From: Planctomycetota bacterium
GTDB lineage: Bacteria > Planctomycetota > SZUA-567 > H5-PLA8
Assembly: GCA_038227875.1 (NCBI GenBank)
Contig: JBBRPR010000010.1
Location: 32,001 to 96,000 of the forward strand
DNA length: 64,000 bases
Reading direction: 5' to 3'
Under the pieces are notes generated by a model that saw nothing but the letters and a program-made list of their open reading frames with translations, was not told the DNA's origin and ran no database searches. This document shows positions 45,280 through 53,578 of this stretch, piece by piece (positions within the stretch are counted from its first letter, which is position 1; each line of letters opens with the position of its first letter). The translations under genes were made by a program, and so were the position numbers.

Positions 45280-45555
45280 TCAAAACGTTGCGGAAATAAC
45301 AAACTCTTCATACTCCAAAGATGCCATTTCCCAAGCGATTTCGAGGTTCTCGATATGGCCGGACATTTCTGATTTTATTGCATTTAGAAAGGCCTCGAGC
45401 TCGGATTTCTCACTTTCGGCAACCAACTCTACTCTGCCGTCAGAGCGATTCCGGACCCACCCGGAGACCTTAAATCCCGCCGCAATCGTACGGCAGGTAT
45501 AACGGAACCCTACTCCCTGCACACGGCCCGTGAAGAATACGTGAATGCGCTGCAT
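45280..45555 (-). CDS. acyP: acylphosphatase
   Basis: GRVQGVGFR, GWVRN..DG.VE. Confidence 0.95.
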   Translation of the reverse strand: MQRIHVFFTGRVQGVGFRYTCRTIAAGFKVSGWVRNRSDGRVELVAESEKSELEAFLNAIKSEMSGHIENLEIAWEMASLEYEEFVISATF

Positions 45556-45692
45556 GCTGGAAATGTTGAGCAGCGAATGTTGAATGTCGAGTGAAATTAT
45601 GGGGTCGAATCAGGCGGAACAGGCGCGCTCCAATTAATTAATTATGCGCTCGCCGATGCAAAATCTGAGAATGGAAGTTAGGATGTATCTAT

Positions 45693-47102
45693 ATGGATAA
45701 CTCCACTTCCAATGAAGCTCTGCTGCGCGGACTTCCTGCCGTTCAGCGTCTCCTCGACGAGCCCGAGCTTCGAACGCTCCAGGTTCAGTGCGGCCGCGAC
45801 GCGGTGCTCACCGCCGTGCGGGAAACCGTCGCGACCGTGCGCGCGGAAATTCTCTCCGGCGCTTTTTCCAGTAATGGAAACGGCGTGGTGACGCCGGCCC
45901 TCGTGGTCCGGAAAGTGGTCCAGCGCGTTCAGCGCCGCTTTGCCGGCGGCGTGCGACGCGCGATCAACGCGACGGGAGTGATCCTGCATACCGGGCTGGG
46001 CCGTGCGGTTCTGCCCGAGGCGGCCATTCGCGCGATCGTCGACGAGCTTTCCGGCTTCGCTTCCGTGGAAGTGGACGTCGAATCCGGCACCCGTGGCCAT
46101 CGCGACGACACCGTGCGCGATCTGGTTACCACACTATTGGGATGCGAACACGCGACGATCGTCAACAACAACGCCGCGGCCACGATGCTGGCACTGGCTG
46201 CGATCGCGCGCGGTAAAGAGGTCATTGTCAGCCGCGGACAACTGGTGGAAATCGGCGGCTCCTTCCGCGTTCCGGACGTGATGCGCGAGAGCGGTTGTAA
46301 GCTGGTCGAAGTCGGCACCACCAATCGCACCTATATCAGGGACTTCGAAGCCGCGATTACGCCGGAGACGGCGGCCTTGATGCTCGTCCACACCAGCAAT
46401 TTCAGAATTGTGGGATTCACCGCGGAACCGACGGTCCGCGAACTGGCGGAACTGGCGCATCGGCACAACCTCCCCCTTATCTATGACATCGGATCCGGCG
46501 CACTGCTTCCCGCACTGGCGGAAGAACTGCGCGAAGAGCCGGTCGTCAAGCAGGCGTTGGACGATGGCGCGGATCTGGTGCTGTTCTCTGCCGATAAAAT
46601 TCTCGGCGCGGCGCAGGGCGGCATCGCGGCCGGGCGCAAAGATCTGGTTGAAAAGCTGCGCCGTCATCCACTCTACCGCGCGTTCCGCGTCGATAAGCTG
46701 ACACTGCGGGCCGTCGAGACGACGTTGCAGCTGTACCTTCATTCCGAAAAACGGGCCGAGACGATTCCGACGCTGCGGATGTTAAAGCGGACGCTGGCCA
46801 GCATCAGCGATGAGGCCGCGGCGCTCGCGACGGCGCTGACGCGCGCCAACGGCAAGCTCGAAGCGCTGTGCCTGGAAGAGTCTTCGCGACTGGGTTCGGG
46901 AAGTTTGCCGGAGCGGAATATTCCCACGCGTGTGGTGGCGTTGCGGCACGCGACGCTGCCGGCCGCGGAGTTCGGCGCGAAACTGCGCGAGCACACGCCG
47001 CCGATCTTCACGCGCATCCAGGACGACCGCGTCTACATCGATCCGCGTACATTGCTTCCGGGCGATGGAGATGAAATTGTGCGTGCGGTGACGGCGCTTT
47101 AG
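45693..47102 (+). CDS. selA: L-seryl-tRNA(Sec) selenium transferase
   Basis: INATGVILHT.LGRA, VNNNAAA, SRGQLVEIGGSFR.PD, EVGTTNRT, H.SNF...GF, S.DK.LG..Q.G, RA.R.DK, D.RT. Confidence 0.95.
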   Translation: MDNSTSNEALLRGLPAVQRLLDEPELRTLQVQCGRDAVLTAVRETVATVRAEILSGAFSSNGNGVVTPALVVRKVVQRVQRRFAGGVRRAINATGVILHTGLGRAVLPEAAIRAIVDELSGFASVEVDVESGTRGHRDDTVRDLVTTLLGCEHATIVNNNAAATMLALAAIARGKEVIVSRGQLVEIGGSFRVPDVMRESGCKLVEVGTTNRTYIRDFEAAITPETAALMLVHTSNFRIVGFTAEPTVRELAELAHRHNLPLIYDIGSGALLPALAEELREEPVVKQALDDGADLVLFSADKILGAAQGGIAAGRKDLVEKLRRHPLYRAFRVDKLTLRAVETTLQLYLHSEKRAETIPTLRMLKRTLASISDEAAALATALTRANGKLEALCLEESSRLGSGSLPERNIPTRVVALRHATLPAAEFGAKLREHTPPIFTRIQDDRVYIDPRTLLPGDGDEIVRAVTAL

Positions 47103-47533
47103 TTCCGGATCGGGTCGCGTGTGAACGGGCGATCGAAAGAGTAGCCGTTGGGCGTTCGCGAATAGGGCACATAGAACGTCACTTTGCTGCCGCTGCGATG
47201 CAGCAGGTCCACGCGCAGGGCGTCAGTTTCGCCGGAGTTATCCTGCCGTGGGCAACTCACGTTCATGCAGAGCGCCGTCGAGCGCCAGCGTCCGGCGGCG
47301 ATACCCGCGGAAAACGTTTCCGCCAGCGTGCTCAGAATTTCGCGCAGCAGCGGCGGATCGTCGCCGGTCAGGACGTTGTGATTTTCGATCTGGCCGGATG
47401 TCGTGACCACGGCGCCGAAGGGATAGAAGGTGTTGAATTTTAGCAACTTTCCTTCCGCGATGTTGACGGCGTGGGTCAACAATGCCGTGTAATCCGGCGC
47501 GAGATCGGGGTCAGTCGGATTCGGATCGGGCAT
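47099..47533 (-). CDS. hypothetical protein
   Basis: F.PFGA, DA..V.L.H..G......VPY pattern of a small alpha/beta protein; ATG at 47533 after a GGA RBS. This is the 3' part of the 47099-48682 ORF. Confidence 0.7.
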   Translation of the reverse strand: MPDPNPTDPDLAPDYTALLTHAVNIAEGKLLKFNTFYPFGAVVTTSGQIENHNVLTGDDPPLLREILSTLAETFSAGIAAGRWRSTALCMNVSCPRQDNSGETDALRVDLLHRSGSKVTFYVPYSRTPNGYSFDRPFTRDPIRN

Positions 47534-47677
47534 GACGGCGTCCTGTGGATTCCACGTTGAATACGGCCTAAAAGTCGGGCCAGTGTCCTCAAAAGTGTGG
47601 GATTTACGAGAGAAATTGCGGCGTAATGCGCGCAGACCCCTTGACCCGTGTGCCGCGCACGGGGTAACGTCCCCGGC

Positions 47678-48550
47678 ATGGCCAATCCCCGTTTTGATGT
47701 GATGACCCGCTTCGAATCGGCTGCATTGCCACGGGTAATTCACGCAGGCATTGCGCGCGATCCGGCCGGGACGGCGTTCGAAGAACACACGCTGGACTTG
47801 CTGGAGATCAATTTCCAGTCCGGCGGCAGTTGCGGCATCGTGGTCAATGGCACGCATACGCGCACGGAAGCGGGATCGGCGTACATGTATCGTCCAGGCG
47901 ATGTCTGCCGCGCATGGGTTGAACCGAATGCCGGAGCGCTGGTCTGCCGCTGGGTGAAGTTCACCTGGCCGGACAAAGACGCGAAAGCGGGGGGATTCGA
48001 GTTGCCGCGGGCCGTCGCGCTTTCTCCCGAAGGCCAGCGGATGGCGCAGCTTCATTTTGATGCTCTGCTGAATGCGCACGCCAACGGGCAGCCGGGCTGG
48101 GAGGTCGTCGCGAGCGGCAACCTGACGGCGCTGATCGGCGTACTGCTGCGCGAATCCGCGCGGGCCGGTCGCAGCAGCGGCAGTCCGGCGCTCGACCGGC
48201 GGCTGGCGGCCGCGTGTACGTTCATGGAACAGAATTTCGCACGGCGCCTGAAGATCCGCGACGTGGCGAAATCCGCGCGGCTGGCGGAGGATTATTTCTC
48301 GCGCGTGTTCCGCAAACGGCTGGGCGTCTCTCCGTTGCAGTACCTGATCGGCGCGCGCATTCAGGAAGGCCGCCGACTTCTGGCGCACTCTCCGGGCATG
48401 ACGATCCGCGAAGCCAGCCGGCTGTCCGGATTCGACGATGCGCGCCACTTTGCGCGTTCGTTCCGCCGGCAGTTCGGAGTGACGCCGGACCAGTTCCGCC
48501 GTGAACTGGCATCGCCCTTCAAATCCGCGCTCAAGCCGCCGCGCAGTTGA
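47678..48550 (+). CDS. AraC family transcriptional regulator
   Basis: Cupin-like N-terminus; YFSR.F....G.SP..Y....RI, I.E....GF.D..HF.R.F....G.TP..FR. Confidence 0.93.
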   Translation: MANPRFDVMTRFESAALPRVIHAGIARDPAGTAFEEHTLDLLEINFQSGGSCGIVVNGTHTRTEAGSAYMYRPGDVCRAWVEPNAGALVCRWVKFTWPDKDAKAGGFELPRAVALSPEGQRMAQLHFDALLNAHANGQPGWEVVASGNLTALIGVLLRESARAGRSSGSPALDRRLAAACTFMEQNFARRLKIRDVAKSARLAEDYFSRVFRKRLGVSPLQYLIGARIQEGRRLLAHSPGMTIREASRLSGFDDARHFARSFRRQFGVTPDQFRRELASPFKSALKPPRS

Positions 48551-48665
48551 CACCGGAATCCTGCACCGTTTCACCGGGTTCGCGACGTCGCCGGCCGCTC
48601 CGGCGCGGGGTACCTTTACTCCAGAACGATTCGCCGCTTTGGAACTCTGGAGGAACACCCACGCC

Positions 48666-49466
48666 ATGCGCTTCACGCTCAACGATCAGCACATCAACGA
48701 ATTTCATTCGCAGGGACTCACGGTTTTCCGTGGCGTCATTCCGCCGGCGCTGATTCGCGATCTCCGGCGCGTCTGCGCCGACGGCGCGGCGCTGATTCGC
48801 GAGAAAGGAAACAAGGACGCGCAGCGTTTTCAGCCGGTCTCGAAATTCGAGATCGCGCAGAAGCCGTTTGAGGACTACCGCGATCTGCCGGAGCTGAAAG
48901 ACGCGTTCACGCGCCTCTTTTCGCCGCATCACGCGCACGGCGAATTATCGATTCTGGGCGTACTGATCGAACCAACGCAGCGGCCGTGGTGCACGAATTG
49001 GCATCGCGATTTTGTGCATCATGGTTTTGAACTGACGATGGAGACGACGCCGTTCATGAATCTGAATTTGTTCAACCAGATCAACTGCGCGCTCTACGAG
49101 GACGGCAGCACCTGGTACGTGCCGGGCAGTCACCTGCGTGCGGAACTGCCGGGCGAACTGGCCGCGTTTGGCGGACAACTGCCGGTGCCTGCGCCGGATT
49201 TGGAAAATTTGAGCGCCGAAGAAGCCGAAGCGCGATGTCTGGCCTATTGCCGCAAGATGCCCGGCGGTGTGCAGGTGCAGCTCAATGCCGGCGACCTGGC
49301 CGTGTACCGCGCGATCGGCTGGCACCTCGGCAATTACGCGCCATACCGCAAACGTGCGACGCTGCATGATGCGGTTGAGACACCGGAATACAAAGTGTGG
49401 CGCGATGCGGTTTACTCTGCCGCTGCCAAACGCAAGACCGAACAAGCGCTGGCCCTTGCGAAGTGA
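48666..49466 (+). CDS. phytanoyl-CoA dioxygenase (PhyH) family Fe(II)/2-oxoglutarate oxygenase
   Basis: F...G, WHRD, VPGSH, L.AGD......WH.G. Confidence 0.88.
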   Translation: MRFTLNDQHINEFHSQGLTVFRGVIPPALIRDLRRVCADGAALIREKGNKDAQRFQPVSKFEIAQKPFEDYRDLPELKDAFTRLFSPHHAHGELSILGVLIEPTQRPWCTNWHRDFVHHGFELTMETTPFMNLNLFNQINCALYEDGSTWYVPGSHLRAELPGELAAFGGQLPVPAPDLENLSAEEAEARCLAYCRKMPGGVQVQLNAGDLAVYRAIGWHLGNYAPYRKRATLHDAVETPEYKVWRDAVYSAAAKRKTEQALALAK

Positions 49467-49467
49467 A

Positions 49468-50004
49468 TTACTTCTCGGCGGGCTTCGCTTCACCGGGAAT
49501 CGTGATCTCGAAATCCTTCGACGAGACGGAGCCGAAGAAAAATTCGGACATCACTTTCTTGGACTCTGTCTCGCGTTTTTCGCCCTTCTTGATGAACCAC
49601 GCGTCCATGAAGAAGCTATCCTTCTTCACGTCGTACGACACGCTGACGGTATAATGGCCCGGCGGCAGGTCCACCGCGATGGCGCGTGTGACGCGGCTCT
49701 TTGCACGCAACCGCAGGCGGTCTTCGGGGGCGGCGATCCAGTCTTTGTGCTTGGTGGAAAGCTTGATCGTTTCGTTTTTCGGCGTCATCGCGTTGACGGT
49801 CACGACGCCGAACTCGGGATCCAGCTTGTTCAGCAGGAGCAGATCCGAGTCGCCGGAGTTTTCGAATTCGAGCCAGAGCTTGCCTTCTTTGAACGACACG
49901 TCGCTAATGGCAAGCGGTGTCTTTGGAGGCTCGTCGGATTCGCAGTGCGCCGATGAGATCACACAAAATGTGGCCGCTAAGGCCATACCAAGAACCGCGC
50001 GCAT
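49468..50004 (-). CDS. secreted hypothetical protein
   Basis: Signal-peptide-like N-terminus; beta-rich L..G.Y.V motif. Start 50004 or 50031. Confidence 0.7.
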   Translation of the reverse strand: MRAVLGMALAATFCVISSAHCESDEPPKTPLAISDVSFKEGKLWLEFENSGDSDLLLLNKLDPEFGVVTVNAMTPKNETIKLSTKHKDWIAAPEDRLRLRAKSRVTRAIAVDLPPGHYTVSVSYDVKKDSFFMDAWFIKKGEKRETESKKVMSEFFFGSVSSKDFEITIPGEAKPAEK

Positions 50005-50301
50005 GTCGGGAACTCCAGCCATCGTTCGCATACGAACCGAAGTTAGTTCTATACGCAGCCGCGCCCGTCGTCCAACCGCTTGAACAATCTGCGGCCACCA
50101 AACATCCTCCTAAAATATTTTCAGGGAAACCAGAATCCGCCGTGTTACCCTAACCACCCGAAGTGGAGGATGACCTCTGCGGACTGCTGGGCGGACGGTT
50201 TTTTTGTTTAGTTTTTGCAGCGGCAGGATTGCAGGCACTACTGTATAAGTGCAAGTTCCTCACATTAGTAACACAGTCGAGTCGCTTATTTAGGAGGGGT
50301 C

Positions 50302-52068
50302 ATGCGCAGTTTAGTCTGCTGCTCCCGTACCTTGACGTTGTCGATGGTTTTCGCCATGGCCGGATTCTGTTTTGCGCTCGCTACGGCGTCGCGTGAGACG
50401 ACGGTATCGGTGGAGGACCGCGGCGTCGGTACTTTCTTGCCACTGCGGTACACCAACCCCAACGTCTTTGTCAACGGAGTGGCCTCCGCTGAATTCGACC
50501 TGGGCGACGTGGCGGCGACGCAGATCATCACGCGCTACATCTCCGCGGAAGGCGGCCTCAAGCCGTATCGCTTCACCTCGTCGGGCACGCAGAGCCTCGA
50601 CGCCGCAGTCGGCGCCACGGACTCGACGCTGACGCTGGGACTTTCCGGCGTGGTCTCCGGACGCATGTCCTCGCGCATCCCGTCCGTCCCGCTGATCATG
50701 CTCGGCAGCAGCTCCTATCTGACGACTCCCGGCACGCCCGGCTTCCGCTTCAAGGTCTCCCTGCAGGATGCCAAGGGCACGGCAGGTGATGTCGTGAACG
50801 GCTTCTTCAATCTGTTCTTTGTCACCGCCGACAAATTCAAATTCTGCATCGACGCCCTGCCCACTGGCCGCGTGCAGGACTCGTACATGACGAAAGTCGA
50901 AACCATGGGTGGCGCTGGCGCCGTGACGGTCTCGGTCGCCTCGATCTCCGGTGCAGCCACGACGCTGAAAGACCTCGGTTTGTCGATTGGCAGCGACGGC
51001 ACGATTTACGGCAAACCGCTCGTCACCGGAACTGTGACGATTGTGCTCCACGCCGTGGATAGCAAGAACAATGTCGCGCTCAACCGCGCCCGGACCGCCG
51101 CCGATCAGAGCCTGACGCTGGTGATCAATCCCAACACGATCACATCGTCGGATATGGTCACCACCAGCTGCTCCGTCACCGGCGACACCGCCAAGCAGGG
51201 CAACGATCGCCTCCGTTACTCGGGCATCGTCAACGTACTCGGCCAGGACAACTTCGCGATCGCCAACTCGGTGGTCACCTTCCACCTCGGCGGCATCTCG
51301 TTCACCGGCACGCTGGACAAGAAGGGTTCGTTCAAGGCCACGCTGGCCGACCTTTCGGTGGTCAGTGCGAAGATCAATGCGTCGTCCGGCATGTTTAGCA
51401 TCAGCATCACCAAGGGTACGTTCAGCAAGGTACTCAACGCCACCACCTTCAAGAATGGCGACAAGACGCGCGAAGCACTGGCTGTCGTCGTCGGCGACGC
51501 AGTGGGAACGGCGGAAGTGCTCGACTTCGCCACGAAAGTGAACGGCACCAAGTACGCGTTGAATTACCGCCTCGGCAGCCAGGGTTCGAATGCTGGCGGC
51601 GCGTTCCAGCTCGTGAAGGTTCAGGGCAAGGATCAGACCGGCGCCAACGGAGCCGCGGCTGACAAGTGGAACGTGAAGTTCATTGCGCTCGCCCCTGTGG
51701 GCCTGGGGACGACGCAGGGCACCACCAACGTCACCACCGCGCAGTTGCGCATCGGTACGAATTTCATCTCGAAGTTGCCGGCCAGCGGCAGGAATGCGGC
51801 GCGCGGCTTCTCGTTCCGTGGCAGCTCCGGAAGCCTGGTTCGCAGCCTGACCTTGTCGTCGAAGAACGGCGTCGGCAGCTTCAGCACGGCGGCCCTCGCG
51901 CCGTCGCAGACGGGCCTGCAGCCGGCCTCCCAGTCGCCGCGTTTTGGCAACATTTTCTTCCCCGTCGGATTGGATCTGACGCGCTCGGGTACGACGTTCA
52001 CGGGTGAACACGCGCGCCGCATCTTCGGCGTGAGAAATGTGTACAACGACGTGCCGCCCAAGCGCTAG
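50302..52068 (+). CDS. secreted/surface protein with putative-Ig domains and a C-terminal module shared with 19692-24074
   Basis: AGGAGG RBS, signal peptide, GG..PY.F and GL.I..DGTI.G.P putative-Ig motifs; Ser/Thr/Gly-rich. Confidence 0.85.
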   Translation: MRSLVCCSRTLTLSMVFAMAGFCFALATASRETTVSVEDRGVGTFLPLRYTNPNVFVNGVASAEFDLGDVAATQIITRYISAEGGLKPYRFTSSGTQSLDAAVGATDSTLTLGLSGVVSGRMSSRIPSVPLIMLGSSSYLTTPGTPGFRFKVSLQDAKGTAGDVVNGFFNLFFVTADKFKFCIDALPTGRVQDSYMTKVETMGGAGAVTVSVASISGAATTLKDLGLSIGSDGTIYGKPLVTGTVTIVLHAVDSKNNVALNRARTAADQSLTLVINPNTITSSDMVTTSCSVTGDTAKQGNDRLRYSGIVNVLGQDNFAIANSVVTFHLGGISFTGTLDKKGSFKATLADLSVVSAKINASSGMFSISITKGTFSKVLNATTFKNGDKTREALAVVVGDAVGTAEVLDFATKVNGTKYALNYRLGSQGSNAGGAFQLVKVQGKDQTGANGAAADKWNVKFIALAPVGLGTTQGTTNVTTAQLRIGTNFISKLPASGRNAARGFSFRGSSGSLVRSLTLSSKNGVGSFSTAALAPSQTGLQPASQSPRFGNIFFPVGLDLTRSGTTFTGEHARRIFGVRNVYNDVPPKR

Positions 52069-52089
52069 ACGCCTTTTATAAACGTACAC

Positions 52090-52122
52090 ACTGAGGACTA
52101 CGAGAGTTTCGTAGTCCTCAGT
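52090..52122. repeat. palindrome (REP-like or terminator)
   Basis: ACTGAGGACTACGA-GAGTT-TCGTAGTCCTCAGT perfect 14-bp stem. Confidence 0.65.
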
Positions 52123-52143
52123 TGTTTGATAGGAGAAAAATAA

Positions 52144-52365
52144 ATGTCCGACGAAACCGTCAATCCCTGGCAGCTGGCTGAAGAAGGCTGGGCCGAACTG
52201 GTCGCCGCCGCCGCCAAGATTCAGAAAGCGTCCAACCTGATCAAGAAAACCGACCGCAGCGTTGACGGCTACAACGTCGAACGCTCGCTCAACAAGCATA
52301 AGCCGGCGCTGATGACCGAACACTACGAAGGCTTGAAGTTGCACCGGCAGGAACACAAGCTCTAA
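52144..52365 (+). CDS. small hypothetical protein (73 aa)
   Basis: AGGAG RBS and genome-typical codon usage. Confidence 0.7.
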   Translation: MSDETVNPWQLAEEGWAELVAAAAKIQKASNLIKKTDRSVDGYNVERSLNKHKPALMTEHYEGLKLHRQEHKL

Positions 52366-52457
52366 GACGCACCATTGCTGAAGTTCGACGGCTTGCGTTT
52401 GCGCGCGGATCTGTTCCGGCGCAGGCTGACTCTGCCCACTTTTAGGACATTGTATAA

Positions 52458-53531
52458 ATGGGAAAGCTTGCTGAAGTTCTCCAGCCGTTCGTCGACCGCC
52501 GCGCACTGGCCGGCGCGGTGGCGCTGGTCGCCAACGCCGACAAAGTGCTCGCCGTGGAGACCGTCGGCTTTGCCGACATCGCCGCGAAGAAGCCGATGCG
52601 CCCGGACACGATGTTCTGGATCGCTTCGCAGAGCAAGCCGATCACCGGCGCGGCGCTGATGATCCTGGTCGACGAAGGAAAGGTTGACGTCGAGGACCCG
52701 GTCGAGAAGTACCTCCCCGAATTCAAAGACCAGATGCTGATCGCCGTGAAAGACGAGCATTTCACGGTGCTGAAGAAGCCCGACCATCCGATCAAGGTCC
52801 GCGAAGTCCTCTCGCACACCAGCGGCCTGGCGTTCTGCACGCCGATGGAAAGCCCGACGCTCGACGCGTTGACCCTGCGCGATTCGGTGCGCTCGCACGC
52901 GATTATGCCGCTGCAGTTTCAGCCTGGAACGAAGTACCAGTATTCCAACGGCGGCACGAACACCGCGGGACGGATCATCGAAGTCGCAAGCGGCATGCCC
53001 TACGAGGAATTCCTCGACGAGCGCCTGTTCAAACCGCTGGGGATGAAGGATACGACGTTCTGGCCGAACGAAGAACAGCTCTCGCGGCTGGCCAAGGCCT
53101 ACAAACCGACAGACGACAAGACCAACATGGTTGAGTTGCTGATCGGGCAACTGCGCTATCCGTTGTGGGACCGCTCGCGCAATCCGATTCCCGCGGGTGG
53201 ATTGTTCTCAACCGCCAGCGATTGCGCGCGATTCTGCCAGATGGTGCTCAACGGCGGCACGTTCGGAGGCCGGCGCTACATCAGCGAAGCGTCGATTAAA
53301 CGGATGCTCGCCCGCGAGACGGCCCCGACGCTGCCGGAACACTACGGATTCGGCTGGGCGACGGACGCCGACGGGTCCTACGGCCACGGCGGCGCGTTCG
53401 CGACCAACATGAAAATCAATCCGGCGCGCAAGCTGATCACCGTCTGGCTGATTCAGCACGTCGGCTTCCCCAACGACGGCGACAAAGCCCACGGCGTATT
53501 CTTGCAGACCGCGCTGACGCAATTCTCGTAA
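52458..53531 (+). CDS. serine hydrolase, beta-lactamase class C family
   Basis: F.IASQSK (SxxK), YLPEF, LSHTSGL, F.PG..Y.YSN, PLGM.DT.F, GGL.ST..D, GHGGA. Confidence 0.92.
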   Translation: MGKLAEVLQPFVDRRALAGAVALVANADKVLAVETVGFADIAAKKPMRPDTMFWIASQSKPITGAALMILVDEGKVDVEDPVEKYLPEFKDQMLIAVKDEHFTVLKKPDHPIKVREVLSHTSGLAFCTPMESPTLDALTLRDSVRSHAIMPLQFQPGTKYQYSNGGTNTAGRIIEVASGMPYEEFLDERLFKPLGMKDTTFWPNEEQLSRLAKAYKPTDDKTNMVELLIGQLRYPLWDRSRNPIPAGGLFSTASDCARFCQMVLNGGTFGGRRYISEASIKRMLARETAPTLPEHYGFGWATDADGSYGHGGAFATNMKINPARKLITVWLIQHVGFPNDGDKAHGVFLQTALTQFS

Positions 53532-53533
53532 AT

Positions 53534-53574
53534 AAAAGAAGCCTGCGCCCGACTTCGGGCGCAGGCTGTTTTTC
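53534..53574. terminator. bidirectional intrinsic terminator
   Basis: AGCCTGCGCCCGA-CT-TCGGGCGCAGGCT with flanking A and T tracts. Confidence 0.85.
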
Positions 53575-53578
53575 GACG

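Noticed and set aside
47534..48682. N-terminal extension of the 527-aa minus-strand ORF
   Set aside because: Overlaps the AraC gene antisense; only 47099-47533 looks coding.
50311..52506. 731-aa minus-strand ORF
   Set aside because: Antisense to two well-formed genes; no motifs or RBS.
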